Below, piece after piece: positions 18,215-26,796 of a DNA stretch of 64,000 nt; position 1 is the stretch's first letter; every line of letters starts with the position of its first letter. Below the pieces are notes generated by a model. The model was not told the origin of the DNA. It was given only the letters and a program-made list of their open reading frames with translations, and searched no databases. The stretch comes from Candidatus Omnitrophota bacterium. GTDB lineage: Bacteria > Omnitrophota > Gorgyraeia > Duberdicusellales > 4484-171. Location: assembly GCA_021735655.1 (NCBI GenBank), contig JAIPGM010000002.1:1-64000 (forward strand). Direction: 5' to 3'. The position numbers were made by a program, and so were the translations under genes.

Positions 18215-20224
18215 ATGAACCCTTTTTTGAATGTTTTAGAATCACAAAATATACCGAAAGAATCCTGTTTAAAAAGAGCAGAGTTGACCACCCTGCAGGT
18301 TAATATGGGCGACCTTTGCAATCAAAGCTGTTCGCATTGTCATGTGGGCTCCTCGCCCCAGGGAAAGAAGATCATGCCGCTGGAAGTGGTTGACCGAATT
18401 TTAGAGTTTCTTTCAAAAAACAGAGGGCTGATATTGGATATAACCGGCGGCGCGCCGGAACTCAATCCCAATTTCGATTATTTCCTTGAGAAAGCAAGGC
18501 CGCTGGCCAGGGAGATTGTCATAAGGTCGAATCTGACCGTGTTTTTTGAACCCGGTAAAGAATACTTGCCCGAATTTTTTAAAAGGAATAACATACATCT
18601 TATATGTTCACTTCCCTGTTATGAGGAAAAAAATGTAGACGCCCAAAGAGGCCTGGGTGTATTTGAAAAGAGTATAAAAGCGCTTCAGCTGCTAAATAGC
18701 TGTGGATACTCTCAAGATAAAGAACTGGTCTTAGACCTTGCATATAATCCTAAAGGTATAAATCTGCCTCCTCAACAGGATATCCTTGAAAGAGAGTACA
18801 GAGAAAACCTTAAAAAAAGTTACGGAGTGGAATTTAACAGACTCGTTGCTATGACCAACGTTCCGATAAAAAGATTCAAGGAATATTTGGAAGCCAACGG
18901 CGAATATAGTAATTATGTCCGGCTCCTGGAAGATAATTTCAATCCTGATACGGTTACCGGTATTATGTGTCGGCGGTATCTCAGTGTAGGCTACGACGGA
19001 AAATTATACGACTGCGATTTTAACCAATCACTTAACTGGGCTTTAAAGGACGAGAAGGCTAAGCCTCTTAGTATAGATAAAGTAGATATAAAAGATATTG
19101 AAAACAGAGATGTTATGGTGGGGGAGCACTGTTTTTCATGTACCGCAGGCTTCGGTTCAAGCTGCCAGGGAGCGCTTGACATTAAGGAAACCGTAAAAGC
19201 GTATTACGGCAAAGTCCTTAAAACCACAAAAGACCTAAAGACGACCGCCTGTTGTTCAGTAGATGCTATGCCTAAAAAGCAAAGAGAATACTTGGCTAAA
19301 ATCCACCCCGAAATTTGTGATAAATTTTATGGCTGCGGCTCTCCTATCCCACCGCTTTTAAAGGACCTAAAAGTTTTGGATTTAGGTTGTGGCACAGGCA
19401 GGGATACTTATCTGGTTTCACAGATGGTAGGGAGCAGGGGTTTTGTTATCGGCGTCGACATGACCGATGAACAACTCGATATAGCGAGGAAGCACATTGA
19501 TTACCAGACAGAAAAATCCGGTTTTAAAAAGCCTAATGTTGATTTTAGGAAGGGTTATATAGAAAACCTAAAAAGTGTCGGTATAAAGGATAACTCTATA
19601 GACTTGGTTATATCAAACTGCGTTATTAATCTTTCACCGGATAAGATAGGGGTGTTCTCGGAAGTTTTCCGTGTCTTAAAACCGGGAGGTGAATTTTATT
19701 TCGCCGATGTATTCTGCGGCCGCCGGATGCCGGAACACCTCAAGCATGACTCGGTACTTTACGGTGAATGCCTGGGAGGGGCGCTTTACATAGAGGATTT
19801 TCGCCGTAGTTTAAGAAAAATCGGCTGTTTGGATTATAGAGTAGTAACTTCCCGAAGAATAGCGCTTAACAATAAAGAAGTTGAAGAGAAAGTCGGCGGG
19901 ATTGATTTTTACTCTATGACTATACGGGCTTTTAAGCTGGATGATTTGGAAGACATCTGCGAAGATTATGGCCAGACTGCTGTTTATCTTGGCACGATAT
20001 CCGGATGCGCGCACCAATTCAAACTTGACGATCATCATCTGTTTTTTACCGGCAAACCGATGCTTGTGTGTGGGAATACCGCTTCAATGCTTTCAAATAC
20101 ACGGTACGGTAAACATTTTAAAATAGTTGGAGATAAAAGCCGTCATTTTGGGCCGTTTCCCTGTGGGCCAACTCCCGCGGCATCAAAGACCGATGTAGTC
20201 AAAACCGGCGGCAGTTGTTGTTAA
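18215..20224 (+). CDS. arsSM: Fusion of arsenosugar-type radical SAM protein (ArsS-like) and arsenite S-adenosylmethionine methyltransferase (ArsM-like)
   Basis: N-term has the radical SAM cluster motif CNQSCSHC plus LSVGYDGKLYDCDFNQSL and a Cys-rich CFSCTAGFGSSC region. C-term has ArsM Cys pairs (TACCS, YGCGSP), the SAM motif VLDLGCGTGRD and VLKPGGEFYFADV. One continuous 669-aa ORF. Confidence 0.7.
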   Translation: MNPFLNVLESQNIPKESCLKRAELTTLQVNMGDLCNQSCSHCHVGSSPQGKKIMPLEVVDRILEFLSKNRGLILDITGGAPELNPNFDYFLEKARPLAREIVIRSNLTVFFEPGKEYLPEFFKRNNIHLICSLPCYEEKNVDAQRGLGVFEKSIKALQLLNSCGYSQDKELVLDLAYNPKGINLPPQQDILEREYRENLKKSYGVEFNRLVAMTNVPIKRFKEYLEANGEYSNYVRLLEDNFNPDTVTGIMCRRYLSVGYDGKLYDCDFNQSLNWALKDEKAKPLSIDKVDIKDIENRDVMVGEHCFSCTAGFGSSCQGALDIKETVKAYYGKVLKTTKDLKTTACCSVDAMPKKQREYLAKIHPEICDKFYGCGSPIPPLLKDLKVLDLGCGTGRDTYLVSQMVGSRGFVIGVDMTDEQLDIARKHIDYQTEKSGFKKPNVDFRKGYIENLKSVGIKDNSIDLVISNCVINLSPDKIGVFSEVFRVLKPGGEFYFADVFCGRRMPEHLKHDSVLYGECLGGALYIEDFRRSLRKIGCLDYRVVTSRRIALNNKEVEEKVGGIDFYSMTIRAFKLDDLEDICEDYGQTAVYLGTISGCAHQFKLDDHHLFFTGKPMLVCGNTASMLSNTRYGKHFKIVGDKSRHFGPFPCGPTPAASKTDVVKTGGSCC

Positions 20225-20237
20225 TAAGATATAACCA

Positions 20238-20256
20238 TTCCGCCGCGTCGGCGGAA
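20238..20256 (+). terminator. GC-rich hairpin ttccgccg-cgt-cggcggaa followed by an A/T run. Likely the arsSM terminator.
   Basis: 8-bp perfect stem with a 3-nt loop read directly. Its reverse-complement twin lies at 20310-20328. Confidence 0.45.
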
Positions 20257-20566
20257 AAATTTGCTATCTGAAACACCTTTGTTCTATTAGCTTATTTTAA
20301 TACGGTCAATTCCGCCGACGCGGCGGAATTGGTTTGACAATACGGTAGATTAAACAAGGAAGTAAATAATGAACTCTACACCCGAAGAAATCAGAGATAT
20401 GGAACATATGCACAGGAAAATGAGCTATAACCAGATTACGGAGTATATTTACGCGGGAAACAACCTGTGTTGTCAGACACATTTTGAGATGGAGTTATTA
20501 GCAAAAGGAATTTCCGCTAAATACAGTGCAAAAAGCCTTTTTAGTTAATTATACCGGGAGGTCCTG

Positions 20567-21583
20567 ATGTCAAAAAAACAATGGTTTATAATATTATTTT
20601 TAATAAGCGGGGTATTTATGAGGGATAATTCATTAGCTGAGGAAAATTTGAAGAAGGCTACATTTGCCGGAGGATGTTTTTGGTGCATGGAGGCGGATTT
20701 TGAGAAAGTCAAAGGTGTCGAGAAGGTGATTTCCGGATATACCGGCGGGGCCGGTGAAAACCCGGTTTATGAAGATTACAGTCAAAAGGGGCATATTGAA
20801 GCCGTGGAAATTTATTACGATCCTTACCGAATAAGTTATCGGAAATTACTGGATATTTTTTGGACCAAGATAGACCCGATTGATGCCGGCGGCCAGTTTT
20901 GCGATCGGGGCCAGGCTTACACCACAGCGATTTTTTACCATAACCGGGAACAAAAGCAGTTGGCTGATGAATCAAAACAGCGGTTGGAGGAGTCAGGCAG
21001 ATTAAAACAGCCCATTGTTACTAAAATCATCAAGGCCGGCAAATTTTATCCGGCTGAAGACTATCATCAGGATTATTATAAAAAGAACCGGTTAAGATAT
21101 AAATTTTACCGGTTTAACTGCGGCCGCGATCAGCGTCTCAAAGAGATCTGGGGCCGGGTTAGCAAGGATGAGTTAAGAAATAGGTTAACTCCGATGCAGT
21201 ATAAAGTTACTCAAGAAGACGGCACAGAACCGGCGTTTAAAAACCAATACTGGGATAATAAAAGAGAGGGTATCTATGTTGATATTGTTTCCGGCGAGCC
21301 GCTGTTTAGCTCTTTGGATAAATTCGAATCCGGCACTGGCTGGCCAAGTTTTACCAAGCCGCTTGAGCCAGACAATATTGTCGTAAGGGAAGACAGGAGC
21401 TGGTTTTCGCTGAGGACGGAAGCAAGAAGCAAACAGGCCGATTCGCACCTTGGCCATGTATTTGATGACGGCCCAAAACCCACGGGGTTACGCTACTGCA
21501 TAAATTCAGCGGCTTTAAGGTTTATTCCTAAGGAAGATTTAGAGAAGGAAGGGTACCCAGAATATAAAAAACTTTTTGAATAG
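20567..21583 (+). CDS. msrAB: Bifunctional peptide methionine sulfoxide reductase MsrA-MsrB, secreted
   Basis: Signal peptide. MsrA GCFWCME motif. C-terminal MsrB motif RYCINSAAL with upstream [10 protein letters not shown]. Confidence 0.85.
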   Translation: MSKKQWFIILFLISGVFMRDNSLAEENLKKATFAGGCFWCMEADFEKVKGVEKVISGYTGGAGENPVYEDYSQKGHIEAVEIYYDPYRISYRKLLDIFWTKIDPIDAGGQFCDRGQAYTTAIFYHNREQKQLADESKQRLEESGRLKQPIVTKIIKAGKFYPAEDYHQDYYKKNRLRYKFYRFNCGRDQRLKEIWGRVSKDELRNRLTPMQYKVTQEDGTEPAFKNQYWDNKREGIYVDIVSGEPLFSSLDKFESGTGWPSFTKPLEPDNIVVREDRSWFSLRTEARSKQADSHLGHVFDDGPKPTGLRYCINSAALRFIPKEDLEKEGYPEYKKLFE

Positions 21584-21593
21584 GGGTATAAAA

Positions 21594-22235
21594 ATGAAAG
21601 CCGTAGATTCAATTATTTTTGATCTTGACGGAACGCTGGTTGACTCAAAAGAAGATATAGTAAATGCCGTCAATTTCACTTTAAAAAAACTGGGCCTTAG
21701 CCAGAAACAAGCTGATGAGATCGCCTCCTATATCGGTACGGGCGCCGAAGACCTAATCAGAAAGGCAATCGGTGATAAAAACAGAGATCTGTTTGATAAG
21801 GGGATTTCTATATTCGAGGATGATTACAAAAAGCACTCGGCAACAAAGAGTAAACTTTATCCGCACGTGGAAGAGGTTTTAGAGTATTTTAAAAATAAAA
21901 ATCTTTTTATTGTCACTAACCGAAAAAAAAATATGGCACAGATCACTTTAAACAGTTTAGGGATTAATAAATATTTTAAAGATGTCGTAGGCGGGGATGA
22001 TGAAACCTGCCTGAAACCCTCCGCATGTTCATTGGAGAAGGCTTTAGGAAACGTCCAAGACAGAAAAAGAATCATTATAGTCGGGGATATGGATTTGGAT
22101 GTGCTAACCGGTAAAGAAGCCGGCATATTGACCTGTGCTGTCACTTATGGAATAGGGAAGAGGGATGATATAGTCAAGGTAAAACCGGATTATCTAGTCG
22201 ATGATTTGTTGCAACTTAAGGAGATAATTAGATGA
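21594..22235 (+). CDS. HAD-superfamily hydrolase (phosphoglycolate phosphatase-like)
   Basis: IIFDLDGTLVDS (motif I), VTNRKK, GDMDLDV (motif IV). ATG at 21594 preferred over the track start. Confidence 0.7.
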   Translation: MKAVDSIIFDLDGTLVDSKEDIVNAVNFTLKKLGLSQKQADEIASYIGTGAEDLIRKAIGDKNRDLFDKGISIFEDDYKKHSATKSKLYPHVEEVLEYFKNKNLFIVTNRKKNMAQITLNSLGINKYFKDVVGGDDETCLKPSACSLEKALGNVQDRKRIIIVGDMDLDVLTGKEAGILTCAVTYGIGKRDDIVKVKPDYLVDDLLQLKEIIR

Positions 22236-22279
22236 TCTATGGCAAAAATCTATGAGAATATGGATATAAGGGAGAAGAT

Positions 22280-23329
22280 ATGGACAACAATAAAAAAATA
22301 TTTCTTTATGATTCGAAGCCTTATGATCAAGAAGCTTTTGATCAGGCCAATAAAAAGCATGGTTTTGATATCCAGTATTTCAATGGGCATCTAAACCATA
22401 ATACAGCTTGTTTGTCTAAGGGCAGTGATGCGGTTTGTGCTTTTGTTAACGATACAATAGATAAGCCGGTAGTGGAAGTTCTTAAAGAGTGTAATATCGG
22501 CTTAATTGCCTTACGCAGTGCCGGATATAACAATGTTGATTTAAAGGCAGCTTACGGCACTATCCATGTGGCCCGGGTGCCGGGGTATTCTCCTTATGCG
22601 GTGGCCGAACACGCCAGCGCTCTTTTATTGAGCCTGAACCGGAAAACTCATAAAGCTTATCACCGGACACGCGAGGGAAATTTTTCAATCAACGGCTTGA
22701 TCGGCTTTGACCTTCACGCTAAAACCGCTGGGGTTATCGGAACCGGAAAGATCGGGCGTTGTTTGATATCGATTCTGAAAGGCTTTGGGATGAAGGTCCT
22801 GGCCTATGATGTTTATCCCGATGAAGAATATGCAGAGGCTAGCGGCATTAGCTATACGGACTTGCCCGAGCTGTATGCTAAATCGGACATTATTTCTCTG
22901 CATTGCCCGTTAAACAAAGATACCTACCATTTGATCGACAACCAAAGTATAAACCAGATGAAGCCGGGTGTTTTTTTAATAAATACCGGCCGGGGAGGCC
23001 TGGTAAAAACTCAAGACCTCATTGAAGGGTTAAAGAGCGGTAAAATAGGCGCTGCCGGCCTGGATGTGTACGAAGAAGAAAGCGAGTATTTTTTTGAAGA
23101 TTTTTCAGCTTCGATGATCAGCGATGATATCCTGGCCCGGCTTTTGACCTTTCCCAATGTACTTATCACATCACATCAGGGATTTTTCACAAAAGAAGCG
23201 TTGAGCAATATTGCCGAAACTACTTTAGCTAATATTAAAGAGTATTTTGAAGGAGGTTTTTTAAAGAATGAAATCTGTTACCGCTGCGATAAACAATGCT
23301 GCAAGAAACAAAAACAGCGCTGCTTTTAA
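22280..23329 (+). CDS. ldhA: D-isomer-specific 2-hydroxyacid dehydrogenase (D-lactate dehydrogenase-like)
   Basis: GVIGTGKIGR NAD-binding motif and catalytic R/E/H region. The last ~20 aa (Cys-rich) arise from overlap with the sigma-factor gene and may not be real. Confidence 0.75.
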   Translation: MDNNKKIFLYDSKPYDQEAFDQANKKHGFDIQYFNGHLNHNTACLSKGSDAVCAFVNDTIDKPVVEVLKECNIGLIALRSAGYNNVDLKAAYGTIHVARVPGYSPYAVAEHASALLLSLNRKTHKAYHRTREGNFSINGLIGFDLHAKTAGVIGTGKIGRCLISILKGFGMKVLAYDVYPDEEYAEASGISYTDLPELYAKSDIISLHCPLNKDTYHLIDNQSINQMKPGVFLINTGRGGLVKTQDLIEGLKSGKIGAAGLDVYEEESEYFFEDFSASMISDDILARLLTFPNVLITSHQGFFTKEALSNIAETTLANIKEYFEGGFLKNEICYRCDKQCCKKQKQRCF

Positions 23330-24095
23330 GCAGAAACTAAAGAGTATTTTTATCGCTTACCAGGATAAAATTTATGGCCTGGCTTTGAGTATCTGCCGCA
23401 ATCCTAAAGACGCCGAAGATATCACTCAAAATACATTCAGTAAGATTATTCTTAATTTGGATAAATTCCGCGGCCAATCCAATATTGCTACCTGGATTTA
23501 CCGGATTAGCTATAACGAAGCTTTGATGTTTTTACGGAAAAAGCGCCGCGATTTGAGGTTACAGGACAATATCGATTATCATATCTTAAAAGACAGATCC
23601 GCGGTATTGGCGGATTGGCCGTTGCTTCCTGATGATTTATTGGTGAATAAAGAATTACACCGGAAAATCAATTCGTCCATACAAAGGCTGGATCTTAAGT
23701 ATCGCTTACCCTTGTTGTTGCATCATGTCCATGGCTTAGCGATAAAAGAGGCAGCTAAAGTTTTAGATATAAAGGCCAATTCCTTTAAAACCAGGCTCCA
23801 TCGGGCCTATCTAATGCTGCGGGGCGAGCTAACCGCCTATTTCGCCGATGCTCGGGAGGAAAAAATCGGTTTTAAAACATTGGTTTGCGATCGTTCGCTT
23901 AAATTCATTTATGATTATTCTTGCAATAAGCTCGGCAGCCGGCAGCGTTTAAGATTCGACCAGCATATTAAAGATTGCCGTCCCTGCCGTAGTTTTCTAA
24001 ACGATTATCAGCAGGCAATAAAAATAACTCAGTCTTTACAGTGTCGTGATTTACCAGAAGCGCTTCGGGAAAAACTAAAAACTCTTTTTACTTAA
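23268..24095 (+). CDS. ECF-type sigma-70 family factor with a C-terminal ZAS-like (H-x3-C-x2-C) zinc-finger extension
   Basis: Region 2 (DITQNTFSKIILNLDKFRG ... WIYRISYNEAL) and region 4 (LAIKEAAKVLDIKANSFKTRLHRA). An extra ~80-aa tail carries CDRS ... C ... HIKDCRPCRSF. Confidence 0.7.
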   Translation: MKSVTAAINNAARNKNSAAFKQKLKSIFIAYQDKIYGLALSICRNPKDAEDITQNTFSKIILNLDKFRGQSNIATWIYRISYNEALMFLRKKRRDLRLQDNIDYHILKDRSAVLADWPLLPDDLLVNKELHRKINSSIQRLDLKYRLPLLLHHVHGLAIKEAAKVLDIKANSFKTRLHRAYLMLRGELTAYFADAREEKIGFKTLVCDRSLKFIYDYSCNKLGSRQRLRFDQHIKDCRPCRSFLNDYQQAIKITQSLQCRDLPEALREKLKTLFT

Positions 24096-24106
24096 ATAAT
24101 AGATAT

Positions 24107-24162
24107 TTGAAACTTTTTTTATTTTTTAACATCTAAATCAGAATAAGGAGGTGAGGGTTATG
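24107..24162 (+). promoter_or_regulatory. ECF (sigmaE-type) promoter GAAACTT-N16-TCTAAAT plus conserved leader/RBS. Copy 1 of a duplicated ~56-58-bp element.
   Basis: ttgaaactttttttattttttaacatctaaatcagaataaggaggtgagggttatg. A near-identical copy is at 30909-30964. Confidence 0.6.
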
Positions 24163-24546
24163 TTAAGAAAGATATGTTCGTTGGGCCTTGGTTTGGTAAT
24201 GTTGTTTAGCCTGTCTGGATGCGCCTTGCTTTTAGCCGGGGCTGCCGGCGGCGCCGGAACAGCATTTTGGCTGGGCGGTAAGTTGGAAAGCGAAGTAGCG
24301 GCTAGTTACCAAAGGACTATCGATGCTAGCAAGCGAGCCTTGAGTTCGCTGGGTATGGAGATAGTTAAAGAAGCAAAATCAGATGAGGTTACTCAGATTC
24401 GCAGTGAGTACACTGATGGTAGAAAAGTCTGGTTAGATATCCGTAAGTTTAGCGAAAAAACTTCAAAGTTGGAAATTCGCGTTGGTGCCAAGGGTGATCA
24501 GGCAGCATCAACTAAGCTGTTGGAGCGGATCAAGAAATACCTTTGA
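24160..24546 (+). CDS. Lipoprotein (DUF3568-like)
   Basis: Lipobox LSGC after a hydrophobic signal, Gly-rich region. ATG at 24160 preferred over the GTG at 24151. Confidence 0.55.
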   Translation: MLRKICSLGLGLVMLFSLSGCALLLAGAAGGAGTAFWLGGKLESEVAASYQRTIDASKRALSSLGMEIVKEAKSDEVTQIRSEYTDGRKVWLDIRKFSEKTSKLEIRVGAKGDQAASTKLLERIKKYL

Positions 24547-24548
24547 TT

Positions 24549-26684
24549 TTAAGCTTCACAGGTTTTCCGGGTAAAGACATTGCAGATGAACCAAGGCATA
24601 AGGTAAAGGGCAATTAAGGCGGCCATCAAAGAACCGGCGATTATAATACCGCCAAAGCGTTGAGTAGGCGGAAATTGCGAAAAAAGAAATACCCCAAAAC
24701 CGAGGCCGATGATCAACAGAGTGTTAAATACCGGGTTCCAGAGATAAGTTCTTACTTTTTCCCAGCGCCGCCGGGTAGTTTTTTCTTCGGCTTTGATCCG
24801 GCGCCAGTATTTGACCATGTGGATCATCGTATCAATGCCGATAGCAATAGCCACATTCAACGAAGGAGCAGCCACTATATCCAGAGGCATGCCGATTAAG
24901 CCAATAGCGCCCAAGCTAATTAGGGGGATTATTAAAATTCCTAAAGTCATCGATAAACTTACTGGCAGCGAACGGGAAACCAGCCAGCTGATCAGGAAAA
25001 AAATAAACAACAATCGGAACAAGCCGAAGACCAGGCTTGAGCTTACTAGTTTTGCCAGGCGCCCCTGCAAGGCGTAGACCCCGCCGGTGATTTCCGGGAC
25101 AAAGCCGTTTTCGCGTACCAGTTCTTTTAATTCAGCAATGATTTCTAAACGGGTTTTTGTCCGTCCGGTTTCTTTCATCCGCAGTAGAAAAAGCCCGTTT
25201 TTTCGGTCAGGGCTGATAAAGATTTTTCCGATTTCGTTATGGCTGGGTTTTTCCATAATATTCAGAAGCCAATCCCAGCCTAAAAAGAAAGAAAAGGGAT
25301 GTTGTCTGGCCTGAGCCATTAAAACCGGCAGCGAGATCACACTGCCGACAGCTTGGTGTTTTTCTAAGGCAGTCTGGAGCTGCCATAATTGATTATAGCT
25401 TTTGGTGTTATTCAATTTATTTCCGCTTTCAGTCTTTACCACGATAATCAAAGGGTTACTGCCGCCGCTTTGATCAATATAGCGTAAGCCTTCAGTGATC
25501 GGGTCACTCTTTTTAAAATAACTGAATATTGAAGGGTCATTTTTCAACCAGGCTAAGCCCGGCAAAAGTAAGATGCTTAAGCCGATTAAGATTAAGCGAA
25601 AAGCTTTTTTTCGCACTTTTACTTTCTGATAAATAAACTGTTCGCTTTCTTCAAAATAATCATTTTTTACCTGGGAATTTTGAACCCGGCTCAAAAATAA
25701 AGGATAGATTAGATAGGCGCAAGCCATGGCGATAATTGCGCCCAGAGCGCCGGATATCCCTAGTTCACGCAGCGGCTTTGCTGGCACGGTAATTAAGCTT
25801 AAAAAGCCCAGTAAAGTTGTAAACATACTCCAAAATGATGGGCTTAAGGTGTATTGAATTGATTTCTTTATCCGTTGTTGATCGCCAGAAGTATAAGCCA
25901 GATGTTTCCAGTTATAGGTAAGAAAGATTATATGCGATAGAGTAAGTACAAAAGTAATCGTAGTTAAGTTTGCCGTAAGCAAGCCGATCTTAATATTAAA
26001 TACTTTAGCTGCGATTATAGTCAGCATGGCGGCGTTAAGGCAAGCTAAGAGTGTCCCGAGCAAAATAGACCAGGAACGGAAAATAAATAACATTAATCCG
26101 GCGAAAACCAAAAAAGTCAGCAAGGTAAACAGCCGGAAATCTCTAACTAAATTTTTTTGGATTAGTTTTGTGATGTAGGGGGCTCCGGAAATTCGCAGCC
26201 GGAAATTATCGCCGCTAGCTTTGTTTACTAGTTTTTCGATTGCCGTAAGGTTTTCTTCCAGGCCTTGGCCGGGCAGCACAGCAATGATGTTAGTGGATTT
26301 TTGATCATCGGCGATTAAAAGGCGCCGCCAGAGAGGGCTTTTTAAGCCGGTAGCAAAATCTCCCGGGCCGGTAGCCAGGCTGATCACACTGATTATTTGC
26401 GGTAGAGCATTGATTTTGGCACTTAGATCTTCAACTTTTTTAAGATAAAGCGGTGAGTCGATTTTTCCTTCAGCGCTGATGATCAGCTGATCATCCTGCC
26501 GCTTGAATATTTTTGAAATTCGGCCTTCAGCTTGAGCCTGAGGATCGTGGCTGGAAAAAAAGAAGTTTTGGTCTACTTGGGGGGTTAAATCGATATATTT
26601 AGCGATAACAAAGATATTGGCGGCGGTTAAAAGAATAATTAAAATAAATTTTAATTTTAAGGCCGCAGTTATTGCTTTAAGCAT
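24549..26684 (-). CDS. MMPL/RND-superfamily membrane transporter
   Basis: 711 aa with two 6-TM bundles each followed by a large soluble loop (RND/SSD architecture). Only gene on the minus strand. Confidence 0.6.
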   Translation of the reverse strand: MLKAITAALKLKFILIILLTAANIFVIAKYIDLTPQVDQNFFFSSHDPQAQAEGRISKIFKRQDDQLIISAEGKIDSPLYLKKVEDLSAKINALPQIISVISLATGPGDFATGLKSPLWRRLLIADDQKSTNIIAVLPGQGLEENLTAIEKLVNKASGDNFRLRISGAPYITKLIQKNLVRDFRLFTLLTFLVFAGLMLFIFRSWSILLGTLLACLNAAMLTIIAAKVFNIKIGLLTANLTTITFVLTLSHIIFLTYNWKHLAYTSGDQQRIKKSIQYTLSPSFWSMFTTLLGFLSLITVPAKPLRELGISGALGAIIAMACAYLIYPLFLSRVQNSQVKNDYFEESEQFIYQKVKVRKKAFRLILIGLSILLLPGLAWLKNDPSIFSYFKKSDPITEGLRYIDQSGGSNPLIIVVKTESGNKLNNTKSYNQLWQLQTALEKHQAVGSVISLPVLMAQARQHPFSFFLGWDWLLNIMEKPSHNEIGKIFISPDRKNGLFLLRMKETGRTKTRLEIIAELKELVRENGFVPEITGGVYALQGRLAKLVSSSLVFGLFRLLFIFFLISWLVSRSLPVSLSMTLGILIIPLISLGAIGLIGMPLDIVAAPSLNVAIAIGIDTMIHMVKYWRRIKAEEKTTRRRWEKVRTYLWNPVFNTLLIIGLGFGVFLFSQFPPTQRFGGIIIAGSLMAALIALYLMPWFICNVFTRKTCEA

Positions 26685-26796
26685 AGTTCTAGTTTAAATT
26701 ATATTTTTACTTAGTCAACCGCTAAATCAGCCAGATTTTCGTATTGGAAGCGCCGATATATGCTATAATAAGAGCAAAAATAATCAAGGGGCGATT

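Noticed and set aside
22280-23329. Cys-rich C-terminal tail (CYRCDKQCCKKQKQRCF) of the LdhA-like protein as a metal-binding extension
   Set aside because: The tail lies entirely within the overlap with the sigma-factor ORF in another frame. More likely run-on sequence beyond the functional end of LdhA than a selected domain.
24151-24159. GTG starts giving MRVM... N-termini for the lipoprotein and rhodanese ORFs (24151 and 30953)
   Set aside because: Both lie inside the conserved leader. The downstream in-frame ATG has proper RBS spacing and gives a clean lipoprotein signal or rhodanese N-terminus.
24660-25314. Plus-strand ORFs inside the minus-strand MMPL transporter gene
   Set aside because: Antisense to a 711-aa membrane protein with coherent TM topology. 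Basic low-complexity translations.
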